Source of the DNA: Leucoraja erinacea
Taxonomy: Eukaryota
Length of the DNA: 64,000 nucleotides
Assembly: GCF_028641065.1 (NCBI RefSeq)
Contig: NC_073385.1
Location: 45,074,001-45,138,000 of the forward strand
Direction of reading: 5' to 3'
In this document: in pieces, positions 35,881 through 49,844 of the stretch
How the letters are laid out: each line of letters starts with the position of its first letter
Position numbering within the stretch: the first letter of the stretch is position 1
The notes under the pieces: model-generated
Seen by the model: the letters and a program-made list of their open reading frames with translations, nothing else
Told to the model about the DNA's origin: nothing
Database searches by the model: none
Made by a program: the position numbers and the translations under genes

Positions 35881-38184
35881 ATGTACAGTACCATGTACTA
35901 CTGACCATGTAGATGCTCTGCATAAGGCCTCACCTTAAACTAATGTTATACTGCAGCAGATGTGAGCCTAAATGATGGGTGCTTCACTGCTAGGAATGGG
36001 CATACATCACAGGGTAGATTGGATTTGATGGCACCTTTAAATTATAGAGTGCAATTTGTGTTGAGACTAAGTTAGACCCTGTGTGCACTGAAGCTAACTG
36101 GATGGCTTAAACTATAAATCTTACACGATGGGCAGGTGCTGCCTTGAAGACTTCTGTATTCCGCATATAAAAGGGAACAGCGAGTGGGAGTTGCTTCAAT
36201 TGGCGATTCAGTAAGGTAGTTCCTAAACTCAAGTGCAGAATACATGAAGACTTGTGATAATGCAGACACCATCAAAAAGAACATTTTATTTTACAAAATG
36301 TAATGCAGAACGCACACAAGTAAAAATAGATGCTCTTTCCCCCTCACTTAGCTGTTTAAAAGCGCAGCCTACCACATTGTTCTTTATATCTGCTTTAGCC
36401 AGTTTTATTTTGACATTGTTTTTAGTGATTTGCTGTGAAATATCAGACTGACTGCTCACTCAACCCCTCCTCAACCACTTCCCTCAACCACTTCCCCAAC
36501 CCCCCCCCCCCCCCCCACTCCACCCCCACTTCCAGCCCCAATTGCTCCTTTTTATAGCCTTCGTTCGATGGCCTTTTCATCTCAGTGATGCTGTCGTTGG
36601 TCACAAATCTCACTGCTATTCCACTGTGACATCTTCACTCCTTTGCTGCTGCTCATTAACAAACAATACTGCTGTGAAATTGGTTTAATGACAAAGTAAT
36701 AAAATTGCTATTCAACTCACAGATTGCCCGAGGCTCCTCGAGCTCCTACAAGGCTTACACTGTGTGCCAAGATGCATTAAGCTGCTTATTTGTGTACACT
36801 GCATCCTTCACTCTGTTTTAGTCTATTTTTCTCTGTCTATATTCAATACTGTTTCCTTGCTGCCTCCCACCTTAAAATTAACGTTGATTTATGCGTGTAA
36901 CCTGTGCCACATTGACTCGCTGTGCTATACATCACACGGCTGGTACTATAGATATTCATAAAGGAAACACGGGCCCTCAAACAAAGGAAACAAACCATTA
37001 AATATACAATTCTCTATTTAGATTTATCACAATATTAGCAGATAATTTTGACCTGTATCTTCTCAAATATGTAATGTTTCCAATCTTACTTGTTTTACAT
37101 CTTAATACCTTGCTCACAAGTATTTAAGGGCCTGGGTTGGAAAAGGCTTCATAAATTTTTGTTTACAGAACAGTGATTTGTGCCATTGATGCCACATAAA
37201 TTTATGGTTTTAAATCGTCATAATTTAAATGGTTAAATTAAACCATTTAACCATTTATAAGTGTTTAAAGTGCCACCATTTCTTGCTTGGCAGGGAATGT
37301 TGATGTTGTATTTACTATGCCTTGACAATTTTCTTTACAGTAGAAAGTGAACGTAAATGCATTATGGCTAAATCCCTCCAGAGAATGTTAAATATACACT
37401 GTTGTTCGGTGATGGATGAGGTTTCTCTGAACTGTCCCCACCATCATATATTGGCACAAAATGCTGGAGTAACTTAGCGGGTCTGGCGGCATTTCTGGAG
37501 AAAAGGAATAGTTGACATTCTTCAGACCACTATCACCTCCCCGCTATCACCTCCACAAGATGACATTGCTCCTTTAAATATCAGTTTGCCTTCTCGCTTG
37601 GGCTATTTGAAGATTTTATTAATACAAGATGTACGTATACCTACAAAGCTGTTTTTGCTGCCACCTGTTTTTCATAACGAGTGCCCATTTTCTAAAACTA
37701 CTTGGTTACCATTTCTAGAGGCCACCACCTCCCCCCTGATTTACTGTTGATGGACAAGAGTGAAATAACCAACCAGCTATGGAGCAGGTGGGTAATTCTA
37801 ATTATAAGCAGCCAACATTTTTATTGCTATAATGTAAGGAACTCTTACGAGTTATTTGAGCTTTTTTTTTGCTTGTCTCCCAAAACAAGCCTTTTGGCTT
37901 TCTTGAAGCAGCGGTTTGGTTTGGAACAGTTCTGTTCAATGTGCACAAGGAATGCCTGGCAAGAGCTTCATGGGGGAGTGAAATACAATAGGCAAGTGGC
38001 CACAAGAGGCAAATGGTTATTGTGGGGGGAGCAGCTGATGGGTAGGCATTGAAGAAAAGGGTTTTATAACCAGACAAGTCAAACAATGTGAGAGAGCAAT
38101 CTGAGAAGGAGGTCGCAAATAGTCTGGAGGAGGTGGTTCGAGAAGAGACAATTCATGGTGGAAATGGAGGAACAAAAATTAAAG

Positions 38185-38395
38185 CGCAGCACACAGTGGT
38201 GCAGCACCTGAGACCCAGGTTCGATCCTGACCTCGGGTGCTGCAGTGAGGAGTTTTGGCGTTCTCCCTGTGACCGTGTGAGTTTGCTCCGGGTGCTCCGG
38301 TTTCCTCGCACATCCTAAAAATGACCGGCACGGACCAATGACCAGCACGGACTTGCTGGGTTGAAGGGCCTGTTTCCATGCTGTATCGCTAAGCC
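38185..38395 (+). mobile_element. tRNA-derived SINE with deletions
   Basis: gagacccaggttcgatcctgacctcgggtgc head and gggcctgtttccatgctgtatc tail. Confidence 0.78.
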
Positions 38396-38832
38396 TAATA
38401 GGTAATGGGAGTACAGGGAGGATAGCTGAGGCAGGATGTGATGTTTCCAAGGAGCTATCCAACTGCCGGGTCTTGTCTATGTCTTTCCACATGTAGTCAT
38501 CGACTGCCTCATGTACTGTGGAATTACAATGGAATCAAACATTGTGCAATCATCTGGGAACAACCCCACTTCTGACATCTTGTTGGAAGGAAGATGGTTG
38601 ATGAAGCAGCTGAAGATGGCTGGGGCTAGGACATGGCTACGAGGAACTCCCATGGTGGGGTCATCATATAGGCAAGATTGGCCTCTGTAGCCACAACCAT
38701 TCCCCCTTGTGTGACACATGACGCCAAGTATGCAAGTGTGTGCTGCCCACTTTGATGCAACTGCAAAATTGCCATAACTCAAATCCCTCTGTAGCATCCT
38801 GGCTAATATTTATCCTTAAACTGACGTTATCG

Positions 38833-39128
38833 GAGAATGTGGATAGGTGATGTTTCAGGTCGGGACCCTTCTTCGGATGGATTATAGGTGGGGGGCGGGG
38901 GAAGAAAACTGGGAGAGAGGAGAGGAAGGATAAATCATGGCATGTTTTTTCCTGCCTCTCCTCTCCCAATTTTCTTTCCCCCTTCTCCCTACCAGCCGTC
39001 TGCAAAACTTATCCAGATCAGAAACGTCATCTATCCATGTTCTCCAGAGATGTTGCCTGGCCTGCTAAGTTACTCCAGCACTTTGTGTCCTTTTGTGTCA
39101 ACCAACATTTGCAGTTCCTTGTTTCTAT
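38833..39128. mobile_element. Penelope-derived element, inverted arrangement
   Basis: ggataggtgatgtttcaggtcgggacccttcttc (minus motif) ... gaaacgtcatctatccatgttctccagagatg (plus copy). Confidence 0.65.
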
Positions 39129-39676
39129 TTGTTAGAAAACATATTTTCTGATGATATTCAAATGGCAATTTTTGAGAGATTGTCAAATGCAATTAACTAA
39201 CAGGTTTCCTTCATAACAACAGCAACAAAGAGTAGTAGCCATTTTTTTTCAGATGGCCTGATTTTGGACGAGGTGCCAGTTAAGGGCAGAAAGCATTGGT
39301 ACAGGGTTAATGTTTCAAGTGAATGATCTTTTATCCGACATTTCATCAGTTTGGATTTGAACCGCGTGTGGCTTCACTTTGCAGGGGTTCGTTGAGATGG
39401 GAAGACGGACTATGTCCACCAATTGTCTGCAGAAACAGTTCACATCCAAAGACAGTTTGCTGATGCTGCACTATTTTGGATTAAAAGTTTTGGCTCATGT
39501 AAGGCTTATTTTCAGACAAGCAGATGAAATAACTGCCAGGGGTTTGGATAAAGAGGATGAAAGATGGATTTGAGTGAATGTAGTTGATCTTAGTTTTCTG
39601 GATAGCATCATTGAGGGTCATAACACAAATGGCAACAGCAGAAGTAAACCACAGAAGGAAGGTAATAGTAACTAAA

Positions 39677-39680
<4 letters not shown>

Positions 39681-39710
<30 letters not shown>
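39681..39710. repeat. (ATTG)n microsatellite
   Basis: About 7 tandem units. Confidence 0.95.
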
Positions 39711-40262
39711 AAAAATGATTGACTCTTCCTTACGAGCTACCAATCTTGTATTCATTGATAATGTCTGTGCCTCTCTGTCAGAAGACTATGGGTTGGAGCA
39801 AATAATGATCTCAGGTGGAATTTACAAAATTTCACAATCATAGATTAGCCAACAAAGGCAGTAAATTTCTTCACATAAACGAGCCAAAATGCATCCCTCA
39901 GCCTCGACACCAAGTAGATTATCTGGTCACTTATGTCAAAGCCCTTTCAGTCAAATTGACAGCCACATTTCCCTAACATATTCAAATGCAGGCAAGGTCT
40001 GAGCTTCACGGGTGGCAAGCTATAGACTTGATGAGGAAGTCTTGGTATGGATCAAATCTCAACACACATGAGCAGTTAGTTGGCAGGATGCAGCAAAGAT
40101 TTCAAAAGTGACAATGCTCGGGAGATGCGACGGAACATAATAAGCATCTGGACTAGCTAAGATCAGATGCTACAAGTTCTGAGAAAAAAAAGCACTTGAA
40201 TTATGTCAATTCAAGGGAAAATTGGAACAGGAGCCAGCAACTGATGTTTTACCTTTTTCTTT

Positions 40263-40566
40263 GTTTAGTTTAGGGATACAGCACGTAAACAGGCCCTTCA
40301 GCCAACTGAGACAACGCCAATCAGCGATCCCCACACACTAGCACTATCCTACACATTAGGGACAATTTGCAATTTTTACCAAAGCCAATTGACCTACAAA
40401 CCTGTATGTGTTTGGAGTGTGGGAGGAAACCAGAGCACTAGGGGTACACCCATGCGGTCATGGAGGAGAATGTACAAACTCCGTACATACAGCACCCGTA
40501 GTCAGGATTGAATCCGGGTGTCTGGCGCTGGAAGGCAGTCACTCTACCGCTGTGCCACCGTGCCGC
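40263..40566 (-). mobile_element. tRNA-derived SINE (HE1-like), full length
   Basis: Head GCGGCACGGTGGCACAGCGGTAGAG through the TAAACTAAAC tail. Confidence 0.87.
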
Positions 40567-40590
40567 ACCATCTGACTCAGATCACCATTA

Positions 40591-40876
40591 AGGGCCTGTC
40601 CCACTATACGAGTTTACCCAAGAGCTCTCCCGAGTTTAAAAAAAAAATCGAACTCGTGGTAAGTACGTAGAATGTATGTAGCGGGTACGTCGGAGCTCGG
40701 GACGTCTCTTAGCGACTCGTAACGCTAACGGCAGGTACTCGGGAAACGCGGTAAGCTTGTGATGTTTTTTCACCATGTTGAAAAATGTCCACGAGAGCCC
40801 CGAGTACCTACGAGCGGCTATTACCGTGAATCTCCGAGTTCGAATCTCTGGGGAAACGTACAGTGGGACAGGCCCT
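40591..40876. mobile_element. PIF/Harbinger-type MITE
   Basis: 20-bp TIRs AGGGCCTGTCCCACT(A/G)TACG with one mismatch. TTA TSD at 40588-40590 and 40877-40879. CpG-rich interior. Confidence 0.85.
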
Positions 40877-42099
40877 TTAAGATCAGTATTTGCGAAGTAG
40901 TGATTACAATGATATTGGATGTGTTATTCAAAAGAGAATTAATAGTCACTTGTTGCTACAGTATCTTCGTTAAAAAAGTCAGAGCCATCCCTTGGACAGC
41001 ACAACAACCAAACAACAATGTTGGCAACATTATCAGCACAATGATTCAATTTTACCAAGTGCCTTCAGGTCACACAAGACACTAGTGTACAATTAAGGCG
41101 GTTATTATAACCTTTTGTGACTTTCCTCGCTATATGTTCCTACTTGGCAAATTGTGTAGTTGCAGCTCAGAAGTCAGTAAATGGAATCCATGTGCTGTTT
41201 GCATCATCTCAAGTTCGAGATGTAGCAGATTGCAGTATAAACACACTGGGATATAAGTCACTGAACTCTAGTGTTCCTCTCATAGCAAATTGATAGCATA
41301 ATTTTATTATGCTATGAACAATGACTATAGGGAATGTGCAAGATCTGCACAGCTCTACATATAATCCATTTGACTAAATGTAACACTTCCATTAGATGAG
41401 TGTATAATGAAAGCAGTACTGGATGCCAGCAAGGACTATAACATTTCAGTTTTCAGATCTTGTCAAAAGGGCACACAATAAATCATACATATAGCTTATT
41501 AAATGTCATAGGCAGGTGATCCAACAGGGAGGACAAGGGGGGTGCTTATATTGCAAGATGACTTCGCTGTCATGTGATATGTATTCTTCAGAGCGCTAAG
41601 GTCAGAAATCCTTCACATGGATTTTAATAAGCTCCTTATTACCGTCTTTCAATGCTAATTATTTGATATATCCTTTCGGTAACCATCTATTAATATTGAA
41701 GTGGTAGCCATATTTTAACAATGATTGGGTAATAACAATCATTGTTCATTTTTATATAATTGATAATGTAATTCCACTGAAGAAGTGGGAAGATTCTACT
41801 GTTGGGGCAGAATAAAAATCGAGAAAAATCTGGCTATTAATTTCCACTCGATTTTAATACGTTGTGAGGATAAAAAGGACCATTTTATTTTCATAATGAA
41901 ATAAAGTGATTTCAAATTGCCAATGCAATAGCATACCCTTGTAGGAGATCACAAAATCCGATTAATTACAACATTAAGTATTAAAATTAGAATTTATTAT
42001 AAATATCTAAAATTTCTTAATGAAAGCCAAATTTAAAAGTAAATCAAACATTAATTAAAAATTATATAGTGGAGAAAGGTAATCTCGTAAGTTGAATTA

Positions 42100-42775
42100 T
42101 CAACCAATATGTATGCTGAACGAGGCACGTGAATATTGTGGCTCTATGGACAGCTCGAAAGGTTGGTGTTCTGCAGTAAATGATTCCCCAATGCCTTTTC
42201 ACCATATCCTGTCCACAAGTCAGGAGTGTAATGGATATTCTCCTCATGTCTGATTAACTTAGCCCCAACAACATTTAAGAAATGCAACATCCTCCAGGTC
42301 AAGACAGACCATTTGATTGGCAACCTATCCATAACAGTCACTTCCTCCATCACTAGTGTGCTGTGAATGAATGTACATCATCTGTAAGATACACTGACGC
42401 AACTCACCGCGCCTTCTGACACGGCACCACCCAAGTCTGCAGCATCATCTAGCAACTAGAAGTACAAGGTCAACAAACACATAAAAACACCACCACCTCC
42501 AACTTGCCCAGCAAGTCACACACCATGTTTAGCGGGATATGAACCTTACCAAGGTAGGTGGGACTAGTGTAGATGGGGTGTCTTGGTCGGCATGGGCAAG
42601 TTGGGCTAAAGGGCAAGTTGCCGTGCTCTGACTCTATGACCATCTTGACTTATGCAGCTTGGATCAATATTCTGTAACCTCCTTCCCAACAACTCTGGGA
42701 GCACCCTCACCAAACAGAACGCAATGATTCAAGTGGCTCAACATCACCTTTTTCAAGGGCAATTAGGGATGGGCA
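42100..42775 (+). mobile_element. Old LINE (CR1/L2-like) 3' fragment with nested tail fragment
   Basis: caagtcaggagtgtaatggatattctcc...caagggcaattagggatgggcaa, resembling old chondrichthyan CR1-group 3' ends. Confidence 0.55.
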
Positions 42776-43319
42776 AATATACAATAAATTAATAAATAAA
42801 GGTCCTGTCTCTTGTGTCATGTCAGCACTATTTTAGGCCATTAGCAATTCTGTTAGTATTAACTGAGACAAATACAACTGCAAGCCTTTAAAAAAAAAAT
42901 CAGTTCATGATATGCAGTCACATATACACTCAATAATGTACAGCATGTAATCCAGAAAGATAAACTGAATCTGTACATTAATACAAAATTTGGCATCTGC
43001 CATCATTCATCATATAGGATAAGATAAATTTCACACCATATGTTGATTCTTGCCAAAAGCCACCACAATATTTTCCCATGAGTCACAACTGAATCCAAAG
43101 ATGTTTTCACAACAATCAGATAAACTTAAAGAAACAGTAATTTGACACTACAGAGGAAAACCTCAGTCTTCAGGTATCATGTGATTTCAAATCCCATACA
43201 GTACTACAATTCCTCTAAGTGAGAGTGCCCCAGAGAATTAAGTAAACCTTTCTTTCTAAATTTAGAACTGAAACGAAAGACAAAGCTAAAAATGCTGTTC
43301 ATTGTACATAAAGTAGCCT

Positions 43320-43720
43320 TTTATCTTGCTATTTATCATTGCCCAGGAACATTTGCAATATTTCTAATCACTTTATCCCGAATATTGTCTAATATTCTTT
43401 TTTTTTTATTATTGCCTCTAGCGAATGAAATTAAGTAAATGGTAAGGAATCGCAAACACGTTTCCTGCTGATGGGAATGATGCGCCACTTGCTGTATCAA
43501 AACAGAGCTTCCTCCTGACCTCTCCAAGCCTTGATTGTGCTGCTGAGACAAAGGAATGATTCAGCATGCCCTTTCATGTGGCTGCCTCAAACTAACAGCG
43601 TCAGACCACTGGCACTGACCATTAATTTGCTGATATCAAAGAGGAAAATTCTACAAATTAATTGGGGCACTTCTGCAAAACACCCTTCTACTTGGGAAAC
43701 AAGAACTTAATTTGACTGAT
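43320..43720. promoter_or_regulatory. Candidate conserved non-coding element
   Basis: Unique TE-free sequence with cattaatt and ATCAAAG (TCF, 43635-43641), 1.6 kb from the homeobox exon. Confidence 0.35.
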
Positions 43721-44278
43721 TTTGGTTAAAGCTATTTATGAATCCTTTCCCATTTTTAATAGTGTGCAGTCCCTGCACTTTACGATGTCTAATGGGACTA
43801 TGATCTGGCACTTGGTACCCCATGTCGAGTGTTTACAAACATAAATCCTTACGTCCCCTTCGACTCGGTGCTGTATATCTAATTCTTGCTTCAAAATTGA
43901 CAATGTCAGCTGATCGCTCTGAAGCTTTTGATGTTTGGGTGGCTGAGCTCTTAACGTTGTCATTTCTTTAGGAAACATTAAATTATTAAGTTGGAACAAA
44001 ATGTACCATATCTAGCATAACATAAACTGGCAAAATTAAAATATTTAACTGGCGCAGCAGCTTTAAATGTTATCTAACTCACTGGCTTCACGATACCCTT
44101 TCAAAGAAGGATACAAATATTGTACTTCACAAAATGTGTTATTCTGATATAAAACAACTTGGTAATTTTTTGATCTTCAATACAGCAGTTTATTTCTGCA
44201 TAAGTCAGCCTGACAGAATGTGGGCAACTCAATTTTCTGCACTGTAGCTAGGCACATTGCCTTTTACGTAGTGCTAGC

Positions 44279-44537
44279 NNNNNNNNNNNNNNNNNNNNNN
44301 NNNNNNNNNNNNNNNNNNNNNNNNNNNNNNNNNNNNNNNNNNNNNNNNNNNNNNNNNNNNNNNNNNNNNNNNNNNNNNNNNNNNNNNNNNNNNNNNNNNN
44401 NNNNNNNNNNNNNNNNNNNNNNNNNNNNNNNNNNNNNNNNNNNNNNNNNNNNNNNNNNNNNNNNNNNNNNNNNNNNNNNNNNNNNNNNNNNNNNNNNNNN
44501 NNNNNNNNNNNNNNNNNNNNNNNNNNNNNNNNNNNNN
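44279..44537. other. Assembly gap (259 N)
   Basis: Run of N. Confidence 1.
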
Positions 44538-45267
44538 CAGCCACGGAGTCCGATAAACCTAAAAGCTTCGTTAATGTCTGCCTGCCTGTATCCCATAGAT
44601 AGAGCACTTTGTAAATGAACCTGCTTTGATAAATATATTAAGGAAAGCTGCGAATAAAAGGAAAGTCTTCTCATTTGTAAATACAACCTCTGCTACATGG
44701 AATTATAATGATAAAATGGGGTTCCATGTAATTAAGTTTGTATAAGACCTGAAATCCGTGCAAATACCTTCCCTGAATTTTGAAAGGAAACTGTCAGTTC
44801 AATTAATCTGAACATCACCCGAGAATGTACTGAACAAAATTAAGCTGCAGATAAAGCCCGGGCCAGTATTTTGATAAGTAATTCCTGTATCATTTCTTTG
44901 GTACTATGATCATTTCATTTAATCCAACCTCCCCACATCTCCCCCACTCCCATTCAAAGTTACGTGTTAAGCCATCTACAAAGGGACAACTAGTATTACT
45001 ACTGTGGCAGTAATCCATCATATCGCACATGTAAAATGGGAAAAAAAGTATACTTTTTTTTTAAATGATCAAAAAGGAAAATCAATATCCCATTCTAAAT
45101 ATGGTTCTGAAATGGGACAATGCAAAACCTTCTATCCAGGCCGCCACAACCAAAGTTGCATGTTTGCGTGTTAAATAGTTTCGTATCACCCAAAAATAAT
45201 AAGGGGCCTCGTTACAAAACATAGCACCTTTCCATAGAGAGAAAGCATAGGAGAGATAAGTCACTCA

Positions 45268-45483
<216 letters not shown>

Positions 45484-47514
45484 CTAATATGGATTTTTTT
45501 TTTAAATGAAATAAATTATTTTGATTGCTGGGTGTTGACACGTTTTTGGATCAGCCTCCAGCCCTTTTGAAAGCCATGTAATTGCAGGAGGTTTTCCTCA
45601 TCTTACCTTGTCCATATTAGTAATGACCCCTTGCTACTACTAAACCACTAATAGTTTCAGCAGCAGCGAATGAAATGAATAGGATGAATCTAAATTCACA
45701 GTTGGTAATTTGCATTGTATAAGGCTTCCTTAGCCTCTTGGACAGCCCTTGGTCATCAATCCTTGGCTGTCAGTTGCTGCACTCTGCCACAGTGATAGAT
45801 ATGCTTCCTAACACCAGAATTCATCCAAACAATGTGATTGTCCTTTATTTTACACTTATTAATGAAGATAATGGCTCAAAAAAAGTCCAAGGATATTTTT
45901 TTGTGGTAAGAATAGGGAGGGAACTCAAAAGGCTTACATCATAATTTGTGAATGGTTAAAATGCATGTTTTGGAATCATTTCTTAGTAAATCTCTAGTGG
46001 CTCAAGTTTGCAGCCTCAAACATACTGGTTATTACGTGTTGTCAAAATATGCATTTCCCCTTTCCATCTAATCCATCAATATTAGTTCTTGCTGCAATGG
46101 AGCCAGTATGGATGACAATGAAGTGTCGCTATGAAACCAAGACTAGTGATTGTAGGAGAAGCAAGGCATCGTCAGGTAATGCAGTTCTGCTATGCATATG
46201 GCCATTTGAAATCTCTAATCCAGTCATTTCTGGCATAGCCATCCTGTAGCAATTGAGGTCTCCCAGTGGAATACATGCTAGAATATAGCAACAATGATGA
46301 TGGATCACTTCATCACTGTGGAACCAGACTGTGGTGAATTAAGGACACAGGTCGTAGGTTTGGCTGTCCTGAAACCACTCTGTACTGATGAAGCTTTCAC
46401 AGAGGTGTAAAATGGTAGCTACTCAGAGTATGACATTTTTCTTTTAACCAGATATTAATTTTCATCTTTCCTGCTAAAAATTAAAAACTCTATGCCTTAA
46501 GTCATTTCGCCAGCAATAGTTACAAATGATTTTTGCTCTAAATACATTCTGTTGGATTCCACATTGGAATTTTTTTGCACAAGATTAATTGTATAGTCAA
46601 TGTAAGCTGCACTGAATGTGGATCTAAGTGTTACTACTTCCTGACAACAGCCAAAACAGGCAGGAATGCATGACTCACTTGGGCTCACAGACATGTACTA
46701 CTAAACATGGAGAGAGAGCAAAGCACAGGCATTCAGACTGCAGCAAATGGCTCTACTTGCTCGCTGCCTTACCAGGGCTACAGGCCGCACAATGACAATA
46801 ATGGAAGCTCCAGCGAAAGGCCATCGTGACGGCGTGTCTGGAGAAATGAAACAGTTATCATTTCTTACACTTCAAAGGTCGGGATCATAAGCCAGTGGCT
46901 GTGTAATGTTACTGTGAACAGGGTTCCCCCACAGAAACCAGTCTCTGCCCCCTCAACAATAGCTGGCTTTCGCTGCTTCTTTTCTCTGGCTTCCAGCCAG
47001 GTGCCGGTTTGGTACACCATTAATTTATGTTCAGTGAATTGATGCGGGTCTAGAGAAATGTTTTTTCATCAATTTATCTTCCAAGTTGAAACTGCGTCCT
47101 GCCAGGTTTTGAGTTGATAATGTTAAAGGCATATATTGAAGTCAAACGTGAAGTTGAGGTAAGTTTTGTTGTTTCAAAAAGGTGCTAATGCATGTATAAT
47201 GTGATGATATTCAAATACCCACTTATTTCCCTAACATGCATCTCTCACAAAGGAGATTATTTTTACTGAATGTGGGTGTTAATCTATAAATTGCTACTCT
47301 ATCATAAATTCATGGAAATAAACAGAGATAGCCCTCTGACTAAACATCAACGCCAATGCAATGGGCTGTGCATGCATTGTAAACCAGAATGTCGGCAGAG
47401 TCAAATCTAGATACATCAGACAAACCCGACGTCACACATGCACAAAGAAATCTGCCTTACATCATGGGTAGTTTATTCCATAAAATAATCACAACTTTTC
47501 ACTGTAAACTTGAA

Positions 47515-47880
47515 CAGGATTGTGCCTGGATAGTGGAGTGGATGTGGAGAGGATGTTTCAACTAGTGGGAGAGTCTAGGACCAGAGGCCATGACCTCCAA
47601 ATAAATGGACGTACCGTTAGAAAGGAGAGACGGAATTTCTTTAGTCAGGGGGTGGTTAGTGAATCTGTGGAATTCATTGCCACAGAAGGCTGTGGAGGCC
47701 AAGTCAATGGATATTATTAGGTGGAGATTGACATTCTTGATTACAAAGGTTATCAGGGGTTATAGGAAGAAGGCTGGAGAATGTGGTTGAGAGGGAAAGA
47801 TAGGTCAGCCATGATTGAATGGCAGAGCAGATCTGATGGACCGAATGGCCTAATTCTGCTCCTATAACTTAGGAACTTAT
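47515..47880 (+). mobile_element. CR1 LINE 3' end
   Basis: Frames VDVERMFQLVGESRTRGH and VNLWNSLPQKAVEA. Tail ggaccgaatggcctaattctgctcctat. Confidence 0.85.
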
Positions 47881-49187
47881 GAAAAAAAATGCATAACATG
47901 AAAACATTGGCAGAATTAAATTTAATGAATGCTGAAAATTTCCCTACAATATTCACAAATAATCGTGCTTGTAGTTTGTTAGCATGCTTGGACACAAACC
48001 CAGATAAAGGTTAAAATACCGTGTGCATAATTGATTACAACCAAATTACCTTGTGTCCCAGTTACACCGCATGTTTGATGTTCATATGGTTAGATTTTTC
48101 ACACCATACCAATATGAACTATGCGGTGGAACGTTGCCAATTTTGCAGAAACTGCTAATTCAGTATCAGTAGCAAATTCACTGGAGCAACGACAGAACAA
48201 ATGGAGGGTGTAACCGTAACTGTTCCTTACAACCATGTTTAAATTCTGCTCCACTTACGCAGTTTGACAGAGACCACTACGTTAAGCGCCATTCTCTACA
48301 CAAGATGGAATGAAAGGTGCAAGGAAAGATTATCCACAGGAGTAAAAAAAATAGACCAGTTTAAACCACCTACTGCTCCTCACTTTAAACAAAACTGCTA
48401 AAAAGCACTCAATAGAAAGAATCAGCATAATTGATCCCAAGCACTGATGACCAGAGATGACAGTTCCATCCTGTCCCCTAAATTACTGGATCACTGTAGC
48501 CAGAATTTATGGGAGTCAGACAGTGGACCTCACATAGCTCACATATTAGACCATTAGGCATCTAACTACCTCTGAACAATTTCAATGCATTATCTCTCTT
48601 TCTCCCTGGGGCACAAACTTCACTCTTCCATACTTTTAATATATTTTGTCGGCACGAAGCAGATCGAGTTATTACATGCCAGCAGAACGCAGCAAACACT
48701 AGTACGCTGGCTGTGCGTGCTGCAGTTGTGGTCTCAGCATATCCATGGACTGTAAAATAGGATAAATACTCACACAGTAAACTTTATCTCGCGATGATCG
48801 GTATACTCCAGAGCTAGAATTTGATTTGTTTTCACACTGACCATAGATCAATCTCTTTCCTAGAAAGAGGGCTCATTATTTTTGTTTACAAGTCAAGCGC
48901 ACAAAAATCCACTTATCTTAATTTCATAGAAAAGCCTGCAGAAACCACAAGTAGATGAGTGGTTTCCACATGAATTATCTCAAGTCAGTGGTTACAAGGC
49001 GTCCCATTAAAAATCTTTGCATACAGCTCGTGAAAGAAAGAATCCAGTCAGACGACGGAACAATGGACTGTCAACAGAAAAGGATTGACACATCACTACC
49101 GAGCCAAGAAGTAGTTATTGGTGGATAGTTTGCCTCCCAAGATGGGAGATAGGGACATCCAGGAAAGGAAGAGAAGTGTGTAGCAAA

Positions 49188-49579
49188 CATAGAAACTTAG
49201 AAAATAGGTGCAGGAGTAGGCCATTCGGCCCTTCGAGCCTGCACCGCCATTCAATATGATCATGGCTGATCATCCAACTCAGTATCCTGTACCTGCCTTC
49301 TCTCCATACCCCCTGATCCCTTTAGCCACAAGGGCCACATCTAACTCCCTCTTAAATATAGCCAATGACTGGCCTCAACTACCTTCTGTGGCAGAGAATT
49401 CCAGAGATTCACCACTCTCTGTGTGCAAAATGTTTTTCTCATCTCGGTCCTAAAAGATGTCCACCTTATCCTTAAACTGTGACCCCTTGTTCTGGACTTC
49501 CCCAACATCGGGAACAATCTTCCTGCATCTAGCCTGTCCAACCTCTTAAGAATTTTGTAAGTTTCTATAAGATCCCCCC
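49188..49579 (-). mobile_element. Young CR1 LINE 3' end
   Basis: Minus ORF DRLDAGRLFPMLGKSRTRGHSLRIR...TQRVVNLWNSLPQKVVEA. Highly similar to the 26545-26769 insert. Confidence 0.88.
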
Positions 49580-49712
49580 TGCAGATGCTGGTTTACACTG
49601 AAGATAGACACAAATGCTGGAGTAACTCAGCGGGACAGGCAGCATCTCTGGAGAGAAGGAATGGGTGATGTTTCGGGTCGAGACCCTTCTTCAGCATTTT
49701 GTGTCTATCTTC
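49579..49712 (-). mobile_element. Penelope-derived terminal repeat with hammerhead-like motif
   Basis: Minus CTGAAGAAGGGTCTCGACCCGAAACATC at 49694-49667. Confidence 0.7.
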
Positions 49713-49844
49713 AAAGGAAGGTAAGTGTTAGAGATAGTTCAGGTGAATTTGAGAGAAAGGGTGGAAGTTGGTGCTAGATGATAAAACTTGATGAGAATGC
49801 AGCACCAATAGAGTGAAAAGGAGTTGTCCATGTGACTACAGGCT

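Noticed and set aside
39681-39710. TGATTGAT array as PBX-HOX sites
   Set aside because: Simple (ATTG)n microsatellite, so the motif match is trivial.
40480-40566. tRNA-like A/B boxes
   Set aside because: These are SINE heads continuing into SINE body and tail, not tRNA genes.
44220-44686. Long ORFs spanning N runs (also 62456-63135)
   Set aside because: Artefacts of assembly gaps.
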